From Thermodesulfovibrionia bacterium (lineage in GTDB: Bacteria > Nitrospirota > Thermodesulfovibrionia > UBA6902), in contig CAMYND010000019.1 of NCBI GenBank assembly GCA_947259645.1, positions 1-64,000 of the forward strand: a DNA stretch of 64,000 nucleotides. The letters are read 5' to 3'. Position numbers and translations under genes: made by a program. Positions 18,641 through 28,766 of this stretch are shown in pieces (positions within the stretch are counted from its first letter, which is position 1; each line of letters begins with the position of its first letter). The notes under the pieces were generated by a model. That model saw only the letters and a program-made list of their open reading frames with translations. It was not told the DNA's origin and made no database searches.

Positions 18641-19624
18641 ATGAGTGATTCAGAGCAGTTGCGCGACAAGATATTTGCGCTCAAGGAAAAGAAAAATGCC
18701 ATTATTCTGGCACACAACTACCAGAGGGAAGAGGTTCAGGATATCGCTGATTACCGGGGGGATTCCCTGGAACTTTCGCGCCTTGCAGCCACTACGGACT
18801 GTGATGTAATTGTGTTCTGCGGAGTGCATTTCATGGCGGAGAGTGCTTCTATTCTTTCCCCGGATAAAACAGTGCTGCTCCCGGAGATATCAGCAGGCTG
18901 CCCTATGGCTGACATGATAGCCGCGGGCAGCGCGAGAAAGGCAAGAACACAGTTCCCTGGCTTTGAGTACAGAGAAGAATTTACCTACCCTGCTGAATTT
19001 TCTCTCAAAGACATAAAGAAGCTCCACCCCGGCGCACCCGTCGTGAGCTATGTAAATACAACTGCGGAGGTCAAGGCTGAAAGCGATATCTGTTGTACAT
19101 CAGCCAATGGGGTCAAGGTAGTGGAGTCCCTTGAAAGTGACACCGTAATAAGTGTGCCTGACAAAAACCTGTCCGCATGGATCGCAAAAAATACGAAAAA
19201 GAAAATAATATCTTGGGACGGATTCTGCCATGTTCATGAACGGGCGACAGCAACGGATGTCGAGAGCTCACGTGAGGAACATCCTGACGCCCTTATACTT
19301 GCCCATCCTGAATGCAGAATGGAAGTCCTCGAACTGGCAGACCATGTGACCAGCACTTCCGGTATGCTCAGGTACGCGGAGAAATCAGATGCTCAGGAAT
19401 TCATTATAGGAACTGAAACCGGCCTTCTGTATAAACTCAGAAAAGACAACCCGGCAAAAACCTTTTATCCTCTAAGAAAAGACATGGTCTGCCCGAATAT
19501 GAAAAAAACTTCTCTCACCAGTGTTCTTCACTGCCTTGAAACAGAGACCTACAAAATTAAAGTCCCGGAAGAAATCAGGGTACCTGCCAAAAAGGCCCTT
19601 GACAGAATGCTCGAAGTGAAGTAA
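18641..19624 (+). CDS. nadA: quinolinate synthase NadA
   Basis: AIILAHNYQREEVQDIADYRGDSLELSR, conserved Cys ligands, and overall length. Confidence 0.9.
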   Translation: MSDSEQLRDKIFALKEKKNAIILAHNYQREEVQDIADYRGDSLELSRLAATTDCDVIVFCGVHFMAESASILSPDKTVLLPEISAGCPMADMIAAGSARKARTQFPGFEYREEFTYPAEFSLKDIKKLHPGAPVVSYVNTTAEVKAESDICCTSANGVKVVESLESDTVISVPDKNLSAWIAKNTKKKIISWDGFCHVHERATATDVESSREEHPDALILAHPECRMEVLELADHVTSTSGMLRYAEKSDAQEFIIGTETGLLYKLRKDNPAKTFYPLRKDMVCPNMKKTSLTSVLHCLETETYKIKVPEEIRVPAKKALDRMLEVK

Positions 19625-19798
19625 TTCACTCCTTATACTCTGTCTCGTTTAGAAAGAAATATCTATACCGACACTCAAGATTTATCCCGAAAACCCGATA
19701 GAATAAACAGGATTTAAAACAAACTGAGATAGCGACCATCAATATATTTCACTTAATATTGAGGTGTTACAGCACATATCTCAATTGAGGAGTACATT

Positions 19799-20764
19799 AT
19801 GAAAAATAAAATCAGGATCCTGCTTGTCGATGACGATGATGTTCTTCTTTCTGTCATTTCCATACAGCTGGGCAAGCACGATTTCGATATAACCACTGCC
19901 TCAAGCGGAGAGGAAGCACTAAATATTTTTCGCGAGTCATCTTTCCAGCTTCTTATCACTGATATAGTAATGCCCGGCATGTCCGGCATCGAACTGCTGA
20001 AAGAAGTCAAACGTATCAACCCTGAAACAGAGGTAATAATCATAACCAGCTATGCTTCCGTCGAGAATACGATCTCTGCACTCCGTTTCGGTGCCTATGA
20101 TTACCTGATCAAACCCTTTAAAAACCATGAGCTTGTTTCAGTCATCGTCAACCGGGCCGCTGAAAAGATCCGCCTTACCGCTGACAAAAAAATACTGCTG
20201 GACAATCTCATGGCATACAAAGAGGAGTTGGAATACCTCAACAAGGTTCTTCATAAACGTTCAATTTGTGACGGACTGACAGGACTTTATAACCATCAGT
20301 ACTTTCAAGAGGCGGGGGCAAAAGAATTAGCCAAATCCTCCCGATATGAACGACCTCTTTCTCTTATCTTCATTGATGTTGACTATTTCAAGGAATACAA
20401 TGATCAAAACGGTCATATCGCCGGAGACGACGCTCTTAAAAAAATCGCTGACCTGATCAAAAGACGCTTGAGAGATAGTGATATAATTGCCAGGTATGGT
20501 GGTGAGGAATTTGTTGCACTGCTCCCTGAAACAACAAAAGAGCAGGCCCTTATTATCGCTGAAACCCTGAGAGAAATGATCGCGGCATACCCCTTCCCCG
20601 GCAGCGAAAATCAGCCGAAAATGACTGTTTCGGTAAGTATGGGGATATCAGGATACCCTGATGACGGAAATGACCTGGCATCTCTTATTCGAGAGGCCGA
20701 CAATGCCCTCTACCGGGCAAAAGACTCCGGAAGAAATACAATATGCGAGGCAATAGATTCCTGA
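19799..20764 (+). CDS. response-regulator receiver fused to GGDEF diguanylate cyclase (PleD/WspR-like)
   Basis: REC domain (LLVDDDD...D). GGDEF domain with RYGGEEF active site and an RxxD I-site candidate. Confidence 0.85.
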   Translation: MKNKIRILLVDDDDVLLSVISIQLGKHDFDITTASSGEEALNIFRESSFQLLITDIVMPGMSGIELLKEVKRINPETEVIIITSYASVENTISALRFGAYDYLIKPFKNHELVSVIVNRAAEKIRLTADKKILLDNLMAYKEELEYLNKVLHKRSICDGLTGLYNHQYFQEAGAKELAKSSRYERPLSLIFIDVDYFKEYNDQNGHIAGDDALKKIADLIKRRLRDSDIIARYGGEEFVALLPETTKEQALIIAETLREMIAAYPFPGSENQPKMTVSVSMGISGYPDDGNDLASLIREADNALYRAKDSGRNTICEAIDS

Positions 20765-20903
20765 TATTCCACAGGAAAACCAGACATCAACCACACATAC
20801 ACTGATGCTCTCCACGGTCATTCAAGGCTGAAATAAAACATCGCTAAAGATTCAATCCCCTCGATCCGAAAAGTTAAGATATTATTTATTAACAGGTTAT
20901 AGC

Positions 20904-22814
20904 GTGGGGGATCGTTTTAAAATGTTTAAAAAATTTATTAGAATAATTACCTTTGTTGACCTTCCGATCAGAAAAAAATTCATGCTCTTTTCCATAGGTG
21001 TTCTGTTCTGGTTCATTGTGATGTTTGTCATCAGTATTTCAGCCAATCTTGACATAGACAAAAAAACAAATATGATCGTCAAGAACATCGTACCTGTTGA
21101 CAGAACAGTTCAGAAGATAACGAGAAAGCTCCAGAGCCTGAGCATTGACGCTGTTGAGATCGCCAATATTAATGACTACAACGAACTGGACCAGAAAATT
21201 ACCGCGTCAAACGCCCGCATCCTTGACATAAAGTCATTTCTAACAGCCCTGCATCTCGGTGGCCAGGTCAATGATATAAACAGAGAGAACGGAGAGCTCA
21301 TTGAAAGTTTTTCAGTATCCGCCCCCAGGGATCTCCCGGCGGCGGCAGAGTACGCGGAAAGGCTTGAGCCGCTGGTAAACAATATATCTCTGAACCTCCA
21401 GACCGTAGCTGATTTGAAAAAAGATACGTTGAATAAGAATGCGCAAAATCTAGCCCAGCTAACAGAAAGCCTCGCCGGCTACATGAAAATTCTTGCCTCG
21501 GCCATCTCGCTCTCAAATACCTTTTCTACGAGTATATCAAAATCATATCTTCACAACTCTGATCAAATCAGGTACGCGACGACATTTACTTTTTATACCT
21601 TCACCGGAGTCATGGTAATAGCCACGGTGCTTCTCCTGGTATTTACCATATCAATCACCCATGCCATTGAGATTCCGGTCAAATCTATCATTGGACAGAT
21701 CAGGTCTCTGGGGGCAGGAAAAGTGGACCTGACAAATCATATTGTTGTGCGGTCAAAAGACGAGATCGGGGTCCTCTCGAGAGATTTCAATACCTTGACC
21801 GAGGAGATACATGAAATTGTAACCTTTAAAAAAGTCATAGAAGAAGATTACAGCCTCGATGATGTCTATGCAAGACTGGGCAAGGCTTTCCATGAAAAGT
21901 GCGGTCTGGATCAGTTTATCATTTATGAGGTTTGGGGAAGCAAGAACAAGATGAACCCGGTATATCCGATTATATTAAACGAGAAAGAGATATACTGTAA
22001 TGAAGAAATTCTCACCAACTGCGAACAGTGCAAGGTGAACAAAACCGGCCATACAATAGCCTCTGATACATACACCGAAATATGCAAGCAGTTCAAGCCT
22101 GAGCTTCAGAAAAAGCATCTCTGTATTCCGATGATAATCGGCGGCTCAACCGGTGGGGTTGTTCAGTTCCTCTTTGATGAAGGCGGGTATAGTGAAAACG
22201 GGAATAACAAAAAGCTTTTCAGGGCAGAACAGTATATTAAAGAGTCTCTCTCTGTCATAGAGGCGAAAAGACTAACGAACACGCTAAGGGAATCTGCCCT
22301 GAAGGATTCCCTGACAGGACTTTACAACAGACGCTTCTTGCAGGAGTACACTGAAACACTCGTCGCCGGAGTACTGAGGCGGGGGAAAAATGTCGGCCTG
22401 ATTATGTGCGACCTGGATTTCTTTAAACAGGTCAATGACACCCATGGCCACAATGTAGGAGACACGATATTAAAAGAAACTTCAGATATCATTAAAAAAT
22501 GCGTCAGGTCCGCTGATATGGTCATCAGGTTCGGGGGCGAAGAATTTCTCGTGCTTCTCCTTGAAATTAAAAAAGATGAAGCAATGAAAATTGCTGAAAA
22601 GATCAGAAAGGCACTTGCCGGCACAAAACTTAAAACACCTGACGGGACCATCACAAAAACAATCAGCCTTGGCATCAGTGAATTCCCTCATGACACGGAC
22701 AGCTTCTGGCAGTCGATCAAATTCGCTGATGTAGCGCTGTATAAAGCCAAGGAGACCGGCAGAAACAAGTCTGTACGTTTTACTGAAGAGATGTGGGCGA
22801 AGGACCAGTTCTAA
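20904..22814 (+). CDS. membrane sensor diguanylate cyclase (TM - HAMP - Cys-rich sensor/GAF-like - GGDEF)
   Basis: Two transmembrane segments. HAMP (IIGQIRSLGAGKVDL...). Central Cys cluster CNEEILTNCEQCKVNKTGH...C...C. C-terminal RFGGEEF. Confidence 0.8.
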   Translation: MGDRFKMFKKFIRIITFVDLPIRKKFMLFSIGVLFWFIVMFVISISANLDIDKKTNMIVKNIVPVDRTVQKITRKLQSLSIDAVEIANINDYNELDQKITASNARILDIKSFLTALHLGGQVNDINRENGELIESFSVSAPRDLPAAAEYAERLEPLVNNISLNLQTVADLKKDTLNKNAQNLAQLTESLAGYMKILASAISLSNTFSTSISKSYLHNSDQIRYATTFTFYTFTGVMVIATVLLLVFTISITHAIEIPVKSIIGQIRSLGAGKVDLTNHIVVRSKDEIGVLSRDFNTLTEEIHEIVTFKKVIEEDYSLDDVYARLGKAFHEKCGLDQFIIYEVWGSKNKMNPVYPIILNEKEIYCNEEILTNCEQCKVNKTGHTIASDTYTEICKQFKPELQKKHLCIPMIIGGSTGGVVQFLFDEGGYSENGNNKKLFRAEQYIKESLSVIEAKRLTNTLRESALKDSLTGLYNRRFLQEYTETLVAGVLRRGKNVGLIMCDLDFFKQVNDTHGHNVGDTILKETSDIIKKCVRSADMVIRFGGEEFLVLLLEIKKDEAMKIAEKIRKALAGTKLKTPDGTITKTISLGISEFPHDTDSFWQSIKFADVALYKAKETGRNKSVRFTEEMWAKDQF

Positions 22815-22832
22815 CTCTGGCGTGCGATCGCA

Positions 22833-23219
22833 CTACCCCAGGCTATGCCCCACGATAATAAAAACAAGCCACAAGGCAAAGACGACCTGCTGGGTATGCA
22901 TAATCCGTAAATGCTTTTTCTTCAAGCCAAGGGAAACCTGGTAATACATCATTACTCCTGCAATCGTAAGCCATAGCGTCAACACCATGGTTATCTGCAG
23001 AATTAAATTTTTCTCATCAGGTTCCGCAAAATGCGCATGTATGATCACGAATAAAAAAGCAACGAGGTTTAATGCCGCATGGAGGTGAAGATATTGTTTA
23101 AAAAAACGGGTCATTTCTTTTGTCCAGGGACGATACTGTTTGGCAATTTCCTTTGCCGGATAATAGGCGTTTGCCGCAATAAATAGAAGTACTGCAAGAA
23201 ATCCGAATGTCTCACTCAT
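22833..23219 (-). CDS. small polytopic membrane protein with intramembrane His pairs (possible b-haem binding, DUF4405-like)
   Basis: Four hydrophobic helices with His in helices (HLHAALN, IIHAHF, GHSLG). Confidence 0.35.
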   Translation of the reverse strand: MSETFGFLAVLLFIAANAYYPAKEIAKQYRPWTKEMTRFFKQYLHLHAALNLVAFLFVIIHAHFAEPDEKNLILQITMVLTLWLTIAGVMMYYQVSLGLKKKHLRIMHTQQVVFALWLVFIIVGHSLG

Positions 23220-23484
23220 TTACACGTATCCTCACGTTCATACAGATCATTTTTCCCGCGTGCAGCTACCCTATTCAAGACCCCTCTACTGCCCGTGCGG
23301 CACTTGTAGCATACGTTCATATAGAAAAAGGCTGTTGTACACAAGGAGATCACTTCCGCGACCATGCTAATATTAACAATAATAACGACGAAACAGCAAT
23401 GCCTCTTGAAATTTATAAAATCATCGGATTTGATATTTTGATCGGAGGTCTTTAGACTACTTTTTATTTGAAGGCAGAGAGGGT

Positions 23485-24696
23485 ATGGAAACACTAAAAG
23501 ATATAATTATCCGGAGAATACAGAAGGAGGGATTTATCACCTTTGAAGCCTTTATGGATATGGCCCTGTATTATCCTGACCTGGGCTACTACTCATCTTC
23601 CAACAGGACCATAGGGCGGGAAGGGGATTTCTATACCGGCCCTCACCTGCATCCGATCTTCGGAGCGATGATCGGGAAACAGTTGATGGAAATGTGGGAC
23701 TTAATGGAGAGGCCCGTGAGTTTCTCCGCAGTTGAAATGGGCGCCGGGCTGGGGTATTTGTGTAAAGACATACTGGATTATCTGCAAAGGCCATCACAAT
23801 CATCATCACTGAATCAGAAGAAGTCCGATTTTCTCGCGTCCCTCAAATATATCATAGTCGAGCCGTTCAGGCATTTCAGGGAGAAACAGGGGAACATCAT
23901 TCAACACGGTTCACTCAATCCCATACGTCCGGACTCATCAGAAGAGAGGAGAGAGAGCGACAGCAGAAGTTTAGAGAAAGTCACCTGGGTGCATTCACTG
24001 CAAGAGGCCGGAGAGATTACCGGCTGTATCTTTTCAAATGAACTTGTCGATGCCTTTCCTGTTCATCTGGTCGAGATGGAGGACGAGCTGAAGGAAGTTT
24101 ATGTTGCCTTTGATGGAAAACGTTTTACCGAGGAGAAAGGTGCTGTCAGTACTGATGAGCTGGTCAGGTATCTCAACAACAGCTCAATTGATTTAAAGCC
24201 AGGCTACCGCACAGAAATTAACCTGAGAATATACCGCTGGCTGGAGGAAATCACGGCAGCACTGTCACGGGGTTTTGTGCTGACCATTGATTATGGTTAC
24301 TCGGCAAAGGAGTATTACAGTGATGAGAGGACAGAAGGGACGCTTATGTGTTACCACGAACATATGCTCAGTGACAACTTATACGAACGAGTTGGAGAAC
24401 AGGATATTACCGCACATGTGAACTTTTCCGCACTGGATATGTGGGGGGAAAGACTTGGCTTAACAACTCTTGGATACTGCCCCCAGGGGACATATCTCAT
24501 TGCTTCAGGCATTGATGAGCTGATTGTTGAGCTCTATGCTGATTCACCTGATTACATGGCCGAGACAGCAAAAATCAAGGGCTTGATCATGCCTCAGGGC
24601 ATGGGGGAATCACATAGTGTGCTAGCGCAGTATAAAGGGAAAGGGACGCCTGAGCTGGCAGGTTTTTCTCTGAGAAATCTCACGGGAAGTCTCTGA
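23485..24696 (+). CDS. class I SAM-dependent methyltransferase, MidA/NDUFAF7 family (DUF185)
   Basis: N-terminus FITFEAFMDMALYYPDLGYYSS is diagnostic of MidA. MGAGLGYL SAM-binding motif. Confidence 0.8.
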   Translation: METLKDIIIRRIQKEGFITFEAFMDMALYYPDLGYYSSSNRTIGREGDFYTGPHLHPIFGAMIGKQLMEMWDLMERPVSFSAVEMGAGLGYLCKDILDYLQRPSQSSSLNQKKSDFLASLKYIIVEPFRHFREKQGNIIQHGSLNPIRPDSSEERRESDSRSLEKVTWVHSLQEAGEITGCIFSNELVDAFPVHLVEMEDELKEVYVAFDGKRFTEEKGAVSTDELVRYLNNSSIDLKPGYRTEINLRIYRWLEEITAALSRGFVLTIDYGYSAKEYYSDERTEGTLMCYHEHMLSDNLYERVGEQDITAHVNFSALDMWGERLGLTTLGYCPQGTYLIASGIDELIVELYADSPDYMAETAKIKGLIMPQGMGESHSVLAQYKGKGTPELAGFSLRNLTGSL

Positions 24697-24697
24697 A

Positions 24698-25480
24698 TCA
24701 GGCATAGCCTTTCAGCCGTTCAAGGCTCTTCAGGGCGTTTTCCTGAGAATGGGCTTCCAGGGTATAGACACAGTCAATACCTTTGAGCTCTTTAAAGAGG
24801 GTGTCAAAGTCAAAATTGCCGTCCCCAATGGCCAAATGCTGGTCAGAGTGACCTGTATTGTCGTGGAGGTGAAGCAACTTTATGAAGTGCTTGGTCATTC
24901 CCAGCCATTCTGTAAGAGGAAGCTTTGAGAAAAGGTTGAAGTGTCCTGTATCAAAGCAGATGCCGAAATAGTCTGAATTCATCTCTTTACAGAGAAGCCG
25001 GAGATTTTCCGGGTCGTCTTCAAAGATGTTTTCCACCGCAATCTTCACTCCGATTTCCGCAGCTCTTTCATGTACCGGTGTCCATGTCTCAATACTGTTT
25101 TCAAGCCAGATTTCCACCCGGTTGTCATATTTCCACCTGTCATAGCCAGAATGAAAAACAACCACTTCCGGCTTGAGAACATCGGCAACCTCAAGTGTCT
25201 CAATGTACCGCTTAATCGTGACACCCCGTACCCGCAAATCAACCGCTCCGGGGGAGAGATCCATGAAAGGGGCGTGAATGGAAATACGGGGATTATAGTC
25301 AAGCTGTTTCTTAAGCTCCAGGATATCATCTGCTTTCAACGTATCAAAGCTTCTGGAACCGAAGTATATCTCAGGGTTTAATCGATGCTCTTTTAGAAAA
25401 GGAATGTATCGCTCAAAGGAATCATAGGGAACATGCACATGAGGCGCACTTATGCCTGAATACTTCAGGGGGTCCGGCAC
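24698..25480 (-). CDS. sugar phosphate isomerase/epimerase (xylose-isomerase-like TIM barrel)
   Basis: VVFHSGY...AVENIFEDDPENL...ICFDTGH metal-binding pattern. Confidence 0.7.
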   Translation of the reverse strand: MPDPLKYSGISAPHVHVPYDSFERYIPFLKEHRLNPEIYFGSRSFDTLKADDILELKKQLDYNPRISIHAPFMDLSPGAVDLRVRGVTIKRYIETLEVADVLKPEVVVFHSGYDRWKYDNRVEIWLENSIETWTPVHERAAEIGVKIAVENIFEDDPENLRLLCKEMNSDYFGICFDTGHFNLFSKLPLTEWLGMTKHFIKLLHLHDNTGHSDQHLAIGDGNFDFDTLFKELKGIDCVYTLEAHSQENALKSLERLKGYA

Positions 25481-25776
25481 TACTGGTTAACAGCCTTTTT
25501 CTTTGGTGTTTCAACGCTCTTTTCCGGTTTCTTTTCAGACTTCTTGTCCTTGCCTGAAACCGCTTTATCTTTAGCGTCCATGGCCTTTTTTCTGTCCGTT
25601 GAAGGATAATCAGTCACATACCATCCCGAGCCCTTCAAGACAAAGGACGTATTTGTTATCAGTTTCTTCAGCTCGCCTCCACAGGACTCGCATTTCTTCA
25701 GCGGTTCATCTGACATCTTTTGCAGGACCTCAATCTCATCACCGCAACTATTGCATTTATACTCATACACCGGCAT
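25480..25776 (-). CDS. FmdB-family zinc-ribbon protein (ORF called to 25926; real start MPVYEYKC)
   Basis: [12 protein letters not shown]...CESCGG; Lys-rich C-terminal tail. Confidence 0.7.
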   Translation of the reverse strand: MPVYEYKCNSCGDEIEVLQKMSDEPLKKCESCGGELKKLITNTSFVLKGSGWYVTDYPSTDRKKAMDAKDKAVSGKDKKSEKKPEKSVETPKKKAVNQ

Positions 25777-25974
25777 ATCTGTAACCTCCCGAATTATAAA
25801 TCTTATTTCATTTGCATCGAGACAATTAATGAGCTTCCAGAACCACTGTTGATGACCTCGCAATGTCCGGAAATCCCTCTGACACGAACGCCCTTGAAAT
25901 TCCTCGATGCATATAAAATATATCATAATCAGCCACTTATTGACAAGGTTCTAACTATATGTTAAATAAGAATT

Positions 25975-26808
25975 ATGTGGGAATACACAGAGAAAGTCAG
26001 AGACCTCTTCCTCCACCCCAAAAATGTTGGTGAAATCAAGGACCCTGAAGGGATAGGTGATGTAGGGAGTATTGTATGCGGAGATGCGTTAAAACTTACT
26101 CTCAAGATTGACAGAAATACTGATACCATTACCGACGCAAAATTCCAGACCTTTGGATGTGCCAGTGCGATAGCTTCATCGTCAGCGTTAACAGAGCTCA
26201 TTAAGGGAAAAACAGTTGATGAAGCATTACAGGTCACGAATAATGACATTGCAGAGTATCTTGGCGGCCTCCCCCGGGAAAAGATGCACTGTTCTGTAAT
26301 GGGGCGCGAGGCCCTTGAGGCTGCTGTGGCAAATTACCGGGGAGAACAGCCCTCTGAAGTTGACGAAGGGACTATTGTGTGTCAATGCTACGGTATTACA
26401 GACACAAAACTGGAACATGTTATCCGGGAAAACAGGTTGCGAACAGCTGAGGATGTGACTAATTTTACGAAAGCGGGCGGCGGGTGCGGGAGCTGTATTG
26501 CTGACATTGAAAAAATACTTGACAACGTCTGGAATACAAAAGTCTCTGCTGAGCCGGCAAAGCCCGTCAGGCGACTCACAAATATCCAGAAGATTGCATT
26601 GGTGCAGGAAGTCATGAACAGGGAAATAAGGCCTCTGCTTCAAGCCGACGGAGGGGACGCGGAGCTGGTAGACGTTGACGGAAATGAGGTTATTGTGTCG
26701 CTGCGAGGCATGTGCAGAGAGTGTGTAATGGCTGAAGTCACAACAAAGAATATTGAGAAAAAATTAAAAGAACTGGTAAGCGAAGAAATTACCGTTAAAG
26801 CGGAATGA
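25975..26808 (+). CDS. nifU: three-domain NifU Fe-S cluster scaffold (IscU-like N-terminus, BFD-like [2Fe-2S], Nfu C-terminus)
   Basis: MWEYTEKVRDLFLHPKNVG...GDVGSIVCGDALKL...FGCASAIASSS. Central CQCYG...GGGCGSC. C-terminal CRECVM. Confidence 0.9.
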   Translation: MWEYTEKVRDLFLHPKNVGEIKDPEGIGDVGSIVCGDALKLTLKIDRNTDTITDAKFQTFGCASAIASSSALTELIKGKTVDEALQVTNNDIAEYLGGLPREKMHCSVMGREALEAAVANYRGEQPSEVDEGTIVCQCYGITDTKLEHVIRENRLRTAEDVTNFTKAGGGCGSCIADIEKILDNVWNTKVSAEPAKPVRRLTNIQKIALVQEVMNREIRPLLQADGGDAELVDVDGNEVIVSLRGMCRECVMAEVTTKNIEKKLKELVSEEITVKAE

Positions 26809-27965
26809 GAGTAATATACCTGGACAATAACGCCACAACTGCTGTTTCTGATGAAGTGAGAGAGGCTATGCTTCCCTATATCACTGAACTTTACGGCAAC
26901 CCTTCAAGCATGCACACATTCGGAGGACAGGTGCACAGGAAAATAGAAGTTGCCAGGGAGCATATCGCATGCCTGATAAATGCCGAACCGGAAGAAATTA
27001 TTTTCACGAGCTGCGGAACTGAGAGCGACAACACAGCCATAATGAGCGCCCTTGAATCAGAGCCCCGAAAAAAGCATATAGTGACGAGCAGAGTAGAGCA
27101 TCCTGCGGTATTAAGTTTCTGCAAGGCCCTGTATAGAAAAGGCTATAAGATATCGTTCATTCCGGTTGACAAAAAGGGCAGATTAAACCTGGAAGAACTC
27201 GAGTCCGCGATAACAGACGAGACAGCGATCGTGTCGATTATGTTTGGGAACAATGAAACAGGCGTCATATTCCCCATGGATACAATAGCTGATATCGTAA
27301 AATCAAAAAATGTTCTTCTTCACAGTGATGCGGTCCAGGCAGCAGGAAAGATCCCGATAGACGTAAAAAAACTCCCTGCAGACATGCTCTCCATCTCAGG
27401 GCATAAAATGCACGCATCCAAGGGTGTGGGAGCGCTCTATGTGAAAAGAGGGACCAGATTTTCACCATACATTATCGGAGGCCACCAGGAAAAAGGCAGG
27501 AGAGCGGGAACTGAAAATGTAGCGTCCATAATCGGATTTGGAAGAGCTGCTGAGCTTGCAAAAGAACATGTATTATCAGATGATACAACGGTAGATGAGT
27601 TAAGGGACAGACTCGAGAAAGGGCTGATGGATACCTGCCCCGGCGCGCGGATAAACAGTGACAGGGAGTACCGTCTGCCCAATACTCTGAATATAAGTTT
27701 TGAATATGTAGAGGGAGAAGCAATCCTTTTGCGGCTGAACGAGCATAATATATGTGCCTCTTCCGGATCAGCCTGTACATCAGGCTCGCTGGAGCCCTCA
27801 CACGTACTGAGGGCAATGGGCGTCCCCTTTACCGCAATTCACGGATCAGTCAGATTTTCCCTGAGCAGATATACAACAAAAGGTGATATTGATAGTGTGC
27901 TTGATAAAATGCCCGGGATTATTAAGGAACTGCGGGAACTGAGTCCTTATGTACAGAATGCATGA
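26805..27965 (+). CDS. nifS: NifS-type cysteine desulfurase (group I)
   Basis: SGHKMHASKGVGALYV (PLP lysine) and SSGSACTS catalytic Cys loop. Four-nucleotide overlap with nifU. Confidence 0.9.
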   Translation: MRVIYLDNNATTAVSDEVREAMLPYITELYGNPSSMHTFGGQVHRKIEVAREHIACLINAEPEEIIFTSCGTESDNTAIMSALESEPRKKHIVTSRVEHPAVLSFCKALYRKGYKISFIPVDKKGRLNLEELESAITDETAIVSIMFGNNETGVIFPMDTIADIVKSKNVLLHSDAVQAAGKIPIDVKKLPADMLSISGHKMHASKGVGALYVKRGTRFSPYIIGGHQEKGRRAGTENVASIIGFGRAAELAKEHVLSDDTTVDELRDRLEKGLMDTCPGARINSDREYRLPNTLNISFEYVEGEAILLRLNEHNICASSGSACTSGSLEPSHVLRAMGVPFTAIHGSVRFSLSRYTTKGDIDSVLDKMPGIIKELRELSPYVQNA

Positions 27966-28022
27966 TAGCAGGTGCCATATCTACTGATTGTAAAAACCTG
28001 TTTGTTGCGGCTGCTCCAGTCA

Positions 28023-28271
28023 TTAAACTAAACTACCTATAAAATCTAACCAAAAAGCGTGAAAGCCTGAAACCTTATATAAAAGCAGCAGCGCAAAAAT
28101 CAGTACAACTGATTTTCCCAGTTCTACAAATTCAAAAAATAGCTTGCGTACCAGCAGGTTATTCTGCATTTTTTCCGCTACCGGAAGGCTGCGCTTATCC
28201 GTAACATGATCTTCTTTAAATCTCTTTCCGTGCAGTTTATCCTGCTTTGCCAGTACTGATGTCGTGCTCAA
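28023..28271 (-). CDS. hypothetical small protein, 82 aa, TTG start with GGAGA SD
   Basis: ORF only. One hydrophobic helix. Plausible SD six nucleotides upstream. Confidence 0.25.
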   Translation of the reverse strand: MSTTSVLAKQDKLHGKRFKEDHVTDKRSLPVAEKMQNNLLVRKLFFEFVELGKSVVLIFALLLLYKVSGFHAFWLDFIGSLV

Positions 28272-28766
28272 TGGTACTCTCCTGTTCTCCGTGAAATACT
28301 GTCAGTTTTTCTATTATTAATTAATCGGGCGACTGCTCCACTATTAAGCAAGTTTCTTGCCATAGCCCTAACTCTCTAGTTTTAATATATTTTACTTATT
28401 AAAATCTGCCAAAACTGTAAATATTATTTACCTAAATGCCGGGTTGCCGTTAATAAGTGTAAACTATTACGACTTCGACTAAAGCTTAAGTAGATGATTA
28501 AAAAACAACAAATAACAGGTATCGCAATGGGGGCACCTGTAATGTTTTGTCTGCACAAAGATCCTCATCCACCCCTTGCGGCGCATCCGTCTCATATCAG
28601 TTCTACATGTTTTACAGACCAAGGTACCATAATAGATACCATATGTTTTTCCTCTTGTCAAATAAAAGATATTTATGCGGGGTATAAAAAATATTACTAA
28701 CTGGAAATATCAGCTGAATCCTGATAGACCCTGATGTAAAATTTCTCGATCAGGATAACAACGATG

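Noticed and set aside
22820-22833. GTGCGATCGCAC 12-bp palindrome (contains HIP1-like GCGATCGC) between convergent genes
   Set aside because: The loop is too short to form a terminator hairpin. It is a single occurrence and likely coincidental.
23207-23494. ORFs 23207-23455 (+) and 23216-23494 (-)
   Set aside because: They mutually overlap in the divergent promoter region between the membrane protein and midA, with no support.
28479-28700. ORFs 28479-28661 (-) and 28494-28700 (+)
   Set aside because: They mutually overlap in the AT-rich spacer with no SD and low-complexity products.
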